DNA from: Heterodontus francisci | Taxonomy: Eukaryota | Assembly: GCF_036365525.1 (NCBI RefSeq) | Contig: NC_090404.1 | Span: forward strand, 11,312,550-11,376,549 | Direction of reading: 5' to 3' | Length of the DNA: 64,000 nt | Shown: piece by piece, positions 11,121-21,639 of the stretch | Layout: each line of letters begins with the position of its first letter | Numbering within the stretch: position 1 is the first letter of the stretch | Notes under the pieces: model-generated | Told to the model about the DNA's origin: nothing | Database searches by the model: none | What the model saw: only the letters and a program-made list of their open reading frames with translations | Made by a program: the position numbers and the translations under genes

Positions 11121-11340
11121 AACATGTGAAGCGGAAAATAATAGAAATCAGTCCCAATCCTTGTCATCACTGTCACAGCCATTACTAGTCACAGTCTAAG
11201 TACCCTGAGGGACATGATTAAGTGGATGTAACTCTGCACTGAAGTGCACTTAAAATGTCACCTGACAGATCTACACAACAACAGGACATGTACTTGCAGA
11301 AATTGATTCTATGAATCATCCCTGAAATTTGAAGGTCATT

Positions 11341-11512
11341 CACTGTGGGTCTCAGGAACCAGTAATACACGGCGCTGTCTGTGGCCTTGCAGCTTTCATG
11401 GACAAGGGAAATGTCCCTTGTGTTCGATTGACATTCCCACGAATGTGTTCAAAGCCAGGAGCCATATCGTTATAGCCAGAACTCTCGATTCCGAGCAGAT
11501 AGTGAGGGGCTT
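11341..11512 (-). pseudogene. 3' half of TCR V pseudogene V3, truncated by a LINE/SINE tail
   Basis: APHYLLGIESSGYNDMAPGFEHIRGNVNRTQGTFPLSM.../DSAVYYWFLRP followed by CACAGTG (11347-11341); nonamer decayed. Confidence 0.75.
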
Positions 11513-11630
11513 GGTGTGGATAGTGCGTGTCACGGGCAAGGTTAGCATTTATTGCCCATTCCTAATTGCCCTTGACCAGGTACTGGTGAGCTGCCTTCTT
11601 TAAGCACTGTAGTTCGTGTGCTCCAGTTGG
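11513..11630 (-). mobile_element. 3' tail of the LINE family seen at 3684-6660, or of its partner SINE
   Basis: Reverse complement caagggcaattaggaatgggcaataaatgc matches 6585-6615. Confidence 0.75.
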
Positions 11631-11892
11631 ACCCATAGTGCTAGGATTTTCCGTCCCAGTTCTCTCTGTTATCCTGTTTCGAGTCAAGAAATGAGAAATA
11701 GCGCCAGCAGAGGGCGTGCCAGTGACTGTAACACATATGCATTGGATTGTTCCCTGGCCCTCAATGAAAGTATAAGAGATACTGACCTTCATACCCAGCG
11801 AAAAAATATCACCAGTTGCATGTGAGGATCATCCCAAAGTAAATCAGTTTTCCAGTAATATTCCTGATCCACCGAGTGCAGAAAGGAAGAAA

Positions 11893-12325
11893 ATGCATTG
11901 AATGAAATTGCAACTTTCACTTTGTTGATATTAGGTGAGTGTTTTGTGCAGAAAAGTGTTCGGCGTTGGAACATTTTTATCGTTTCTCTTGTATATCGGT
12001 AGCTATCGGCGGAGAGAATGTGATCCACCAACCACAGCAGATGTTTACATAAGAGGGAGGAGAATCGATTGAAATCCAGTGCAGTGCAACCACCAGCGGC
12101 ACCGACAGCATCCACTCGTACAGAGAGCTACAGAACCGTGGTCCCAGATTCAGGATATCTGCTATTAGCGGCAACGCCATTGATGGGCGGTTCAGACTCT
12201 TCATTGAGCCAACAAGATATTATAACATTCTCGGTACTGACAACACCGCTTTATCTGACACTGGAGTGTTTTACTGTGCAGTGAGGCACTGTGAGACAAA
12301 GACTGAGCACTCCAATACAATATCT
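11893..12325 (+). pseudogene. TCR alpha-like V pseudogene V4 with 23-RSS
   Basis: Broken leader ending ..TFTLLIL G|gtgagt (11935). Exon ~12003-12286: GENVIHQPQQMFT*EGGESIEIQCSATTSGTDSIHSYRELQNRGPRF...ALSDTGVFYCAVR. RSS CACTGTG(12287)-23-ACAATATCT(12325). Confidence 0.9.
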
Positions 12326-12763
12326 GCTGCAGTTCCCGCTCAGACCATCTCCACACATCTACTTTTCTGTGTTGTCTGCTTTATGGGTGGATTTCCACAG
12401 GCTTCATCCATCCGATAAAGAAGGGGTTATTCAGACTGTCCTGAATGTGTTGTTTCCTTTGTGAGGTACAGTTCCACAGACTCCATTCATTCGGTTAGAA
12501 AAGGATTTTCCTGGATTCGAACACTCAGCGCCAGGTCTGACCCTTTAGAGAGTCACTATCACAAAGGAACAGGATACTCCTGAATTCTCCCCATAAGAAT
12601 GATGGGCACTTGCTGATATTCAAACAACTGACATGTCCAGATTTGAACCGCTGGCAAAGGGAGCAGCGGATCAACAAGTTACCTCCTGACATCGGATGAG
12701 CAATATCCAGTTCCAGCCAATAGAAGAGCAGCAAACACATGTGACTGAGGCTTTAACTGGACG

Positions 12764-12945
12764 TCACTGAGTTGAAGATGCCGACAGTTCAATGTCTTCG
12801 CTCAGTTCGTGATCTTCTGCTGTGAACTGTGTGCCATTTTCTTATTGACATTTCAATTACAAGTATGTATTACTCGGTACCAGCGAATCTACTGCCCATC
12901 ATTCTGGCGCTGCTCACATGTGGTCTGTAGTCTGGAAAACGCTCT
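12764..12945 (-). pseudogene. Possible highly decayed V relic
   Basis: One frame gives TCEQRQNDGQ*IRWYR...LNCRHLQLSD after a pyrimidine-rich AG; no YYC and no RSS. Confidence 0.3.
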
Positions 12946-13279
12946 GTTGGAGCAGGACAACAGATCCTCGCCCCACTGTACTGCCGATCTAATAACAAAC
13001 AGGGAACAGCGGCAGCAATCTCTAAACCAGGGCAGGCAAGGAAGGTCAGAGAGACAGAGGGAAAACTGAAGCTATTGACGGGTTTGACCCAGTTTGAGCT
13101 ACCTCAAGATTCTGTGCGACCCCAGAAATTGCGCAGTGACGCTCACATGAACTCAGTGTTGATTGAGTGGAAAGGGAGTTGGTTGGATGCCAGAATTCTG
13201 TTGCCAGGCAGCTCCTGCTCACTGTTCAAGTGATTGGGAACAAATAACTTGCGAGGGAAATGAAAAGATGGAAATATAG

Positions 13280-13720
13280 GATCATACAGCATCGAATGAT
13301 GCCATTCGGCCCATCATACTGCACAGGCTCTTTGAAAGAGCTATCACCTTAGTCTTACTCTCCATGCTCTTTCTACACACTGCACAGCCCCGCATTTTTC
13401 TCCGTTTGATAACACATACACTTCCTCCTTTGAAAATTACTACTGACTCTCCTTCCTCCATCCTTTCAGGCAGTGCATCCCAAATCATGAAAATCGCACT
13501 GTCAAAAATAAATCTCCTCTCCTCGGTCATTTTGTCAATTCCTGTAAATCTGTATCATTGTGAGGTCAAACTTCCTGTCATTGGAAACTGTTACACGCAA
13601 TCTACTCTATCAAAAACCCATATTTTAAACTCACAATTAAATCTTCCTTAGCCTTTGATATAAGGAGAACAATTGCAGCGTCCTGAACCTCTCACAAGTC
13701 CCTCATCCCTGGTACAAGTC
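13280..13720 (-). mobile_element. Old CR1 3' fragment
   Basis: IWDALPERMEEGESVVIFK resembles the CR1 ORF2 C-terminus (WNALP..VVEA..FK); CR1-type tail atgggccgaatggc. Confidence 0.7.
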
Positions 13721-14419
13721 TATTACATCTCCCCTGCATCTTGGCAAGGCTATGAAACCCTCGAAGTAGCAGGGATTGAAATAACTTCTATCATTCGTTA
13801 TTTCTCCTTAAAATTGGTTACAAGGATTCACGGATTCTTAAAATTGGCTTTGTAATAATGTGAGTATGATTCATATTCTTAAAAATAATAGTCCTTGATC
13901 TGATAGTTTAAGTTAAGTGGATATTAGGACCCTGCGGCAGCCCACACGGCGGTGCTGAAAGGTCGATTAAACCATTAGCCATGTTTGCGTGTGCGGCTCT
14001 GCTCCCGAGGTCCCCCTTTGCCCTGAGCAGACCTTTCCCGTCTCCCTGCCAGTTTTCCTTTGACAGGTTTTATTTGATCAGATTGTATTGCTGGCTCAGA
14101 GACATTTTATACACATTGAACAGATTTCACAAGGCAGTAGCTGTGATCTTTAAAACAAGTCCCAAGCACAGAGTTCCTCCAATGTCCATTGTCCTTCTGA
14201 GTGTCTCTTCATGCTCTGTCACTGCAACTGGAAACGGAATATTACAGACCTGGAAATCAATCATTAGTGAATTCAAACAGAATTTTAACTACAAACCACA
14301 GAAGGAAAGGGTGCGGGAAGCATTTGTTTAAATGACAGGGAGAGTTTATTCTTTATGTATATTGTGTATCTCTGCCTGGATATTGACAATGCCTGGATAT
14401 TGACAACTGTCTCATATTG

Positions 14420-14665
14420 GACTGGGGGAAGATGCCGGGTCTGAGGCTCCGTCCTTCAGATCAGATGTTTAACTGAGGCCCCGCCAGTATGGTCAGGGAG
14501 ATGTTAAAGAATCCCCAGCAATATTGGAATAAGAGCGGGGAGGAGGGACTCTCCCGGGCCCACATTCCACCCTCAACAAACACCACTCAATAAAAACACA
14601 TGGAGCGACCTCCCAGCTCATTACTGTGGGTGAAAGGAGGGCGGCAGCTTCTACTGACAGAACAA
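14420..14665 (+). mobile_element. Decayed DeuSINE (SacSINE1/AmnSINE1-like) fragment
   Basis: ccgtccttcagatcagatgtttaactgaggcccc...ttaaagaatccc...ccctcaacaaacaccac resembles the Deu core as I recall it; not aligned computationally. Confidence 0.55.
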
Positions 14666-14850
14666 CTCCCCCAGCCCCACCCCCTGTACATCAGACTAAT
14701 GTGGGAGGGGATTTCACATCGGGATCACAACCCCAATGAAGCGACAGAAAACTGCAGGTTCCCTCTTTAAACCTGTCGCTTATTCACACAACACACAGCC
14801 AGAGACCCGGGAACCGTGTGGCCCATCAATCATCTCCGGGACACTGCCCT

Positions 14851-14950
14851 CTGCAAATCAGTTCGACCCCTGAAGTATTTCAGTCCAGCTCTGAGGTCCA
14901 GTCTCCCAGAGCAGTCCAGGGCTGCAGTCTCCAGCTCCCCGTCATATAAA
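14851..14950 (+). promoter_or_regulatory. Candidate promoter of the VNAR-like V: octamer-like CTGCAAAT and TATA box
   Basis: ctgcaaat at 14851-14858 (one mismatch to ATGCAAAT); catataaa at 14943-14950, about 25 bp before the ATG. Confidence 0.45.
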
Positions 14951-14974
14951 CCATCAGCTCCAGGCAGCAGAACG

Positions 14975-15490
14975 ATGGGAATCCTCCTTGTTTTCACCCT
15001 GTGTGTCTGTTTACCCCGTGAGTACCGATCAAACAAACCGACATTGTGTGGATTTAATATAAAGCTGCCCGAGTCCATCCGCATTACAGACACTGTCCCG
15101 GCTTTTAGCTCGTTATGTTTTTTGGCTTTGATGACCCATTAAACTCTCGCTGTTTAATTTCCAGGCTCTTTCAGTCAGTCAGTGACGCAGACCCCGGCAG
15201 CGGTGAGCAGGAAGGAGTGTCAGTCTCTCACCATCACCTGTGTTTATAATGGTGGTTATTGGGATTATACTTCCCGAAATGGCCATTTCTTCAGACAAAC
15301 CCAGACCGGGACAAAGTAGGAGCAGATCTCCGGTGGAGGCCGATTTGATGTGTCGGTGAATAAGGGAGAAGAAACATTTTCTTCGGAAATTCAGGATGTG
15401 AGAGTTGATGACACCACCATCTATTACTGTCAAGCTGAATACTGGTACAACACACAGTGATGGGCCTCAGCTTCCCACGGTACAAGATCT
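14975..15490 (+). pseudogene. VNAR-like (NAR-TCR-type) V gene segment with one in-frame stop, plus 22-bp-spacer RSS
   Basis: Leader 14975-15017 (MGILLVFTLCVCLP|gtgagt). Exon 15165-15452: SFSQSVTQTPAAVSRKECQSLTITCVYNGGYWDYTSRNGHFFRQTQTGTK*EQISGGGRFDVSVNKGEETFSSEIQDVRVDDTTIYYCQAEYWYN. VNAR-type deletion of CDR2, extra FR1 Cys (15218), TAG at 15317-15319. RSS CACAGTG(15453)-22-ACAAGATCT(15490). Confidence 0.88.
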
Positions 15491-15814
15491 CTCACTGCAG
15501 ATTATAACAGAAACAAATGAAAAAGCGGAGTTAATCTGCCGTTAAACCACACAGTTCCACCTCGCACCGTCTCCCTCACAGTCCAGTTTATAATGAAACT
15601 GGATTATTGCCATTAACATCTTGAGTCTTCTAAATGCCGAGTGTGTGCGGATGGTGATGTCATTCCCGGGATTGGTGTCAGTGAATGGAGGTTTGGAATG
15701 ACTGATCCCAGTTACAAATCCCTAACACCAGATGGGATCCTGTTCTAACAACTGGAACCGGGAAGCACATTCCCCGCCATTAAACTAATGTCCCCACATC
15801 TCACCAAGTACTGG

Positions 15815-15885
15815 GGGATTTGTGTTAACTTGAAACATTTTGTTCAGTTGGGGAGGCCACAGTGGGAGAGACCAGAGAAAACACC
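15815..15885 (+). other. D segment (15843-15857, ttcagttggggaggc) flanked by 12-RSS on both sides
   Basis: 5' side GGGATTTGT-12-CATTTTG (damaged heptamer); 3' side CACAGTG-12-GAAAACACC. Lies between the V and the J. Confidence 0.8.
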
Positions 15886-16208
15886 TCAGTATATTTTTGA
15901 GAAATTCCCCGGGCCCTGATCCTGAATTGAAGGGTTGATGTTATTCTCGCTCTAATCTGGTTTAATGTAATTATAACTTCCTCCTTTCTGTTATCTTTTT
16001 CTGTCTTTTTTCTCTCTTTATATGAAGCGCCGAGCTCCGGCCCATGTTCCTGGGCCATTTTACTAAGAGCTCAGAGTCTCACAAAGAACAGTTTGATCCC
16101 AATGAAGAATGTGAAACATGGAATATTGTTTATTGAAATAAAATCCCTGGAATAATTGGGCAGCGCCGACAGTCTGGTGATGTGTGACCGACAGAATGAG
16201 GTGTTGGT

Positions 16209-16300
16209 TGTTCTTGTACCGGGGTGACTGAGAGCGGTGTCACTGTGTTACGAGACTGGATACGTGGATGGATCCAGGATGGTGGTGACTGTCACAGAAG
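16209..16300 (+). other. J segment (16248-16300) with 5' 23-RSS and splice donor
   Basis: TGTTCTTGT-23-CACTGTG, then YETGYVDGSRMVVTVTE G|gtaagt, resembling an IgNAR-type xDGxGTVVTV J motif. Confidence 0.85.
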
Positions 16301-16349
16301 GTAAGTGACTCCAAACGCCGATGTGTTACAGACTTTTCTAACCTTTTTT

Positions 16350-16485
16350 CCAGTTCTGATGAAAGTTCACAGACCTGAAACGTTAACTTTGCATTTCTGT
16401 CCACAGATGCTGCCTGACCTGCTGAATACTACCAGCATTCTTTTGCTTTTACTTCAGATTTCCAGCATCTGCATAATTTTGCTTT
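16350..16485 (+). mobile_element. Short interspersed repeat, probably a Penelope-like terminal fragment
   Basis: ctgatgaaag..gacctgaaacgttaac..cagatgctgcctgacctgctga..tcagatttccagcatctgc; a second diverged copy lies at 16830-17055. Family assignment is from memory. Confidence 0.6.
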
Positions 16486-16829
16486 TAATTAACATTTCAG
16501 GTAGTGTGATCTGTATAATCCTGGCAGAGATCAACTTTTCCAGACAGACCCTGCGGGATAATTCCTGGGGTTTTACTCGCTAAAGCAATAGATACAATAT
16601 AAGTGACATGGACATGTTCCCATTGCGAGGAGCGTTGATACAGAGAGAATCCAACAGGAGGGAGATTGTTAAAGATGTGTGTGAGAGGACAGAGTGTGAT
16701 CCAGGATCTTCACTCAGCCTCCGCACTGAACAACTTCTCTGTAATTTCAACCTCCGTTTTCTCTCCTCTCTCTCCCTCCTTTAAGCTCACTGCCCTCTGT
16801 TTCTCCCCAAATCTATCTCCTGACATGTA

Positions 16830-17055
16830 AACTCTCCAGGCCATATTTCCACCCAATCCCAGACCTTCCCCGCTCCCCTTTCTCCCTTACTCTGGACTCG
16901 CTTTAAACCTGTTACATCTCTGACCTTTATCCAGTTCTGAAGAAAGGCCACTCACTTGAAATGTTAACTCTCTTTCTCTCTCCAGATTTGCTGCCAGACC
17001 TGCTGAGGATTTCCAGCATTTTCTATTTGCATTTCAGATTTCCAACATCTGCAGT
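16830..17055 (+). mobile_element. Second copy of the same Penelope-like terminal repeat
   Basis: Aligns by eye with 16350-16485. Confidence 0.6.
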
Positions 17056-17403
17056 GAATTCAATTGCTTGAAGGATCATCTCCGGGTCGATGCCATTTGA
17101 CCCGGCTCCCCAGGGAAAGAGGCTTCACTCAGGAGACTGCCACATGGCAGAGGGTCCATTGCAGACTGATTCAGTTTGGACTCTCCCATAACTGGGGGAC
17201 AGGTTGTGAGACACAGAAAACTGCTACCTGGAAGATGACTCACTCTGGGTTGGGTGGAGCGTGGTTTGAGTGACAGACCTCATGCTATATCAGGACTGGT
17301 CTGAGCAATTGCTCCCTCTTTTGCTCCTGGAATAGACAGATACAGTCAGGTTGGTGAAGGTCCCTGGTTTTAAACTCTATCTCGCTCAACAGGTATTTTA
17401 AAT

Positions 17404-17910
17404 GTGTTGTGGGACTGTATGAGTTTGAGTGTGTCACTGAACTTTGTTGTGAAACTGTAAATTTGTGTGTCTGAGCTGTGTTGTGGGACTGTGAGTTTGT
17501 GTCTCTGAACTGTGCTGTGAAACTGTAAATTTGTGTGTCTCTGAATTGTGTTGTGGGACTGTGTGAGTTTGTGTCTCTGAACTGTATTGTGAAACTGTGT
17601 GAGTTTGTGTGTCTCTGAGCTGTGTTGTGGGACTGTGTGAGTTTGTGTCTCTGAACCGTGTTGTGGGTCTGTGTAAATTTGTGTGTCTGAACTGTGTTTT
17701 GGGACTGTGTGAGTTTGTGTCTCTGAACCGTGTTGTGGGTCTGTGTAAATTTGTGTGTGTCTGAACCGTGTTTTGGGACTGTGTGAGTTTGTATGTGTCT
17801 GATCCGTATTGTGGGACTGTGTGAGTTTGTGTGTCACTGAACCGTGTTGTGGGACTGTGAGTTTGTGTGTGTCTGAACCGTGTTGTGGAACTGTGTGAGT
17901 TTGTGTGTCT
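17404..17910. repeat. TG-rich minisatellite, units mostly 36 or 38 bp, about 14 copies, RSS-like
   Basis: Unit tgagtttgt-(gt)gtctctgaaccgtgttgtgg-gactgtg. Confidence 0.9.
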
Positions 17911-17919
17911 GGACCCTGT

Positions 17920-18300
17920 TGCCCACTCCCGCGAGGCTGGACATGTATGGACCCCCTCGCAATCCCTCCACCCGCAATTTCTCGCCAGTCTTGTTACCCT
18001 CTATGAACAGACACCCCCCTCCCCCCGACCCCGCCGTATAATTACCCTCCTCAAGTGACTTGGTGCAATCGTGCAGACCGGGTAGTTGTGACCTGGCCGC
18101 GCGTTTCGCATCTCTCCCCTGTTTTTACATCACGCGAGTAAAACCCGGGAGAGATGGCAAGCAGGATCCCGGTTCATTCTCACTTGTACAACACCATGGC
18201 ACTGAGTCCAAATCTCCCCCAGTGAGAGGTACCGAGACACAGAAACCAGAGATCCAGGGAGAAGGACAGAACAGAGTGAGAGAAATAAACGGAGCGGGAG
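17920..18300 (+). promoter_or_regulatory. CpG-enriched patch, candidate promoter or first exon of the zinc-finger gene
   Basis: Local CpG cluster (cccgcgagg, ggccgcgcgtttcgc, cacgcgag) in otherwise CpG-poor DNA, 4 kb upstream of the ZNF ORF; donor-like AG|gtaaga near 18615. Confidence 0.35.
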
Positions 18301-20216
18301 GAACCAGTGATAGCAACTGAGGGCAGAGATAGCGAGAAATTGACAGAGAGAGGGAATGTCTGAAAGAGATGGGGGCAGAGAGAGAGAAAAGATGAAGAAC
18401 TTTTAGAAATATAGAGGTACAGAGATATAAAGAAAGAAAGTGGAGAGGTTGAGATATGACCAGCCAGGGACCTGCAGAGATAAAGCTGCAGGAAGAGATG
18501 GAGAGGGTGAAATATAGACGTTATATTGGGTGCTCTGGAGCAGCGGTTCTCAACCTTTGTGTCTCAGAGGGCCCCCCTCCCCCTCGTTGTTATAACTCCA
18601 AACCTTTCCTGTAGGTAAGATGAGAACACAGAGAAACAGATATTTTAATTAATATTCCCCTCTGGAAGAAGCTCTTCTCCAAGGATTCCTCTTGCCAAAC
18701 CCTCTCTCTCTCTGCATCGATATGTTGCAGCTTCTATAAAATTTCCTCAGAGAAAAGAAAAATGAAACTTTGGTGCAAAGAAAAGACTTAAAATTAAAAA
18801 AAACACAGCGAGAGCCCAGAATTCCTTTTCTCTCTGTCACTCACTAACATGGGCATTCTCAGCAACACCATTTACCCATTCCCCTCTAGAAAGAGGGAAC
18901 AGATTTAAAATGCAAGAGGTGTTATTAGGTGCTGAGATCTTTCCCATTGTCATGTTAATCCAGGTACCATATCTGCTTTGACCAGAGACATTCCAAGGAG
19001 CTGCTTTTTGATGATCTGTGAACTTATTTCTATAAGACCATTGTTGAGAATAATTGCTGCATCTTTCAGCAAATCAACAGGAGGACAGTGACATGACCAA
19101 GCCCCAGTCAGTCCAGAAGCTGCTAAACTCTCTCTAAAACTGCCATTAAAGTGATCATTCCTTATCATTGTCCCAGGACTTATCATTGCAAATCAGACCT
19201 TCGGGATGGGTGTGAGAAGTGGGGGCTTCCCTACAGGCTGGTATCTGGGCAGTTCCAAAACACTGGAGACCCCCAGAGCCTGTCTCTCTTTCTGTTTAAC
19301 CTGTTATTTCAATCAGTTTCTCTCCCTCTATTTCTCTGTCTCACCATCTGTTTATGCCTCATTGTAAAAACACAAACACTGGTGATTCCCCATGCCTCTC
19401 CTGTTTACTGCCCCTGTCCGCACTCAGCCCATGTTTGGTGTTTTGTACATTCAATGTTACAGTGGGTAGAAGCTGCTGATTCCTTTTTAAATCGCTGTCC
19501 CAGGATTTATTGTCCATCTGGAAGGTGGGAGCTGGGCAATGATGATAGTGTAAAACCCCAAATCCTGTGTCTCTTCATCTCCCTGCCCCTCTGTTTTGCT
19601 GCCTCGTCCCATTTTTCCCTCTATCGTTCCTTCCTCTTTCTCTCTCTCCCATTTCTCACATTCAGAGAGAAATATAGTGAGAGAGACAGACAGAGAAATC
19701 CACAATCCGAAACTCAGTAACATGAGTTAAACTGGCTGCTGCACATTGCATTTAAACCTCAAAATTCATCGCACTGCCTAAAACTTGAGTATTAGTCAGG
19801 AATTATAACTGACCTTGTGAAAGCAGTCCTGACCTGGTGAAATTAGACAATTAATTAATTTTTGAAACATGATCATGGTTGCACAGTCTGAAATGCTGAA
19901 CACAGCTGTACACAGCAAGATCCCACAAGCAGCAATGTGATAATATTCAGATAGATGGGAGCCACTCCTTCCCCATCCTCTCCCACTTATATTAACGACA
20001 AGTCACATCCCTGTCTGACATTTACATTATTAATTAAAAGTTCAAGTAGCGAAAATGAGAGTAGGCTGAGGAGAAATAGAGAGGGTAAGAGAGAGACATG
20101 GAGAAATCCACAATCAAAACCTCAGTGACATGAATGGTTCATTTAACCCTCCGATTTCATTGCACTGTCTAAAGCACAAGCAATAATCTGAATTAATAAC
20201 AAACCTTTCCACCATT

Positions 20217-21173
20217 GAACAAAGAACAAAGAAAATTACAGCACAGGAACAGGCCCTTCGGCCCTCCAAGCCTGCGCCGATCCAGATCCTCTATCTAAAC
20301 ATGTCGCCTATTTTCTAAGGTTTGTATCTCTTTGCTTCCTGCCCATTCATGTATCTGTCTAGATACATCTTAAAAGACACTATCGTGCCCGCGTCTACCA
20401 CCTCCGCTGGCAACGCGTTCCAGGCACCCACCACCCTCTGCGTAAAGAACTTTCCACGCATATCCCCCCTAAACATTTCCCCTCTCACTTTGAACTCGTG
20501 ACCCCTAGTAATTGAATCCCCCACTCTGGGAAAAAGCTTCTTGCTATCCACCCTGTCTATACCTCTCATAATTTTGTACACCTCAATCAGGTCCCCCCTC
20601 AACCTCCATCTTTCTAATGAAAATAATCCTAATCTGCTCAACCTCACTTCATAGCTAGCGCCCTCCATACCAGGCAACATCCTGGTGATCCTCCTCTGCA
20701 CCCTCTCCAAACCATCTACATCCTTTTGGTAATGTGGCGACCAGAACTGCACGCAGTATTCCAAATGTGGCCGAACCAAAGTCTTATACAACTTTAACAT
20801 GACCTGCCAACCCTTGTATTCAAAACCCCGTCTGATGAAGGAAAGCATGCCGTATGCCTTCTTGACCACTCTATTGACATGCGTTGACAACTTCAGGGAA
20901 CAATGGACCTGAACACCTAAATCTCTGGACATCAATTTTCCCCAGGACTTTTCCATTTACTGTAAATTTCACTCTTGAATTGGATCTTCCAAAATGCATC
21001 ACCTCGCATTTGCCCTGATTGAACTCCATCTGCCATTTCTCTGCCCCACTCTCCAATCTATTGAAATTCTGCTGTATTCTCTGACAGTCCCCTTCACTAT
21101 CTGCTACTCCACCAATCTTAGTGTTGTCTGCAAATTTGCTAATCAGACCACCTATACTTTCCTCCAAATCATT
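20217..21173 (-). mobile_element. 5'-truncated CR1 LINE
   Basis: ORFs 20871-21167 and 20315-20956 (KFADNTKIGG, LVRPHLEYCVQFWSP); (ttctttg)n tail. Confidence 0.92.
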
Positions 21174-21639
21174 TTAGGACTTATTCTAGGACTTATTTCA
21201 CATCCTCCCAATTGCTTTACAGTCAATAATTTAATTTTGACAGTGTGGTCACTATTGCAGGAAACACTGCAGACATTTTGTGCACAGCAAGCAGCAATGT
21301 GATTATATCCAGATGGGACATCGGCCTCATTCCTTCCCCATCCTCACACTTGCTGTAAACACATCACCCCCCTCCCCCACCCATGTGTATTCCAAGTCTA
21401 GGGACAGCCCCTCAGCCCCCAGAAAGTGTTCAATTTCTGATTAAACTGGGAAGAAGCTGCTGATCCCGTTGGGAGACTTCTTAAAATCACTGCACCTGGA
21501 TTTATTTTGGAAAATCAGACTATGTGGAAGGATGTGACTGAGGATGCTGGGAGCTCACACTGGAGACCCTCAGATCCATCCCCTGCCACTCGGTATTGAT
21601 GTCTCTCCCACTGTTTCCCTCATACCCTTCTCTCTCTCC

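Noticed and set aside
15548-15600. Second D segment (cacagtt/cacagtc heptamer-like sites)
   Set aside because: No properly spaced nonamers and no matching 5' RSS.
17370-17837. 155-aa Thr/His/Gln-rich ORF
   Set aside because: Translation of the TG minisatellite.
19151-19720. 189-aa ORF with hydrophobic stretches as a transmembrane or constant exon
   Set aside because: Starts at GTG, has no Ig C1 motif or TCR transmembrane charged-residue pattern, and its hydrophobicity comes from CT-rich low-complexity DNA.
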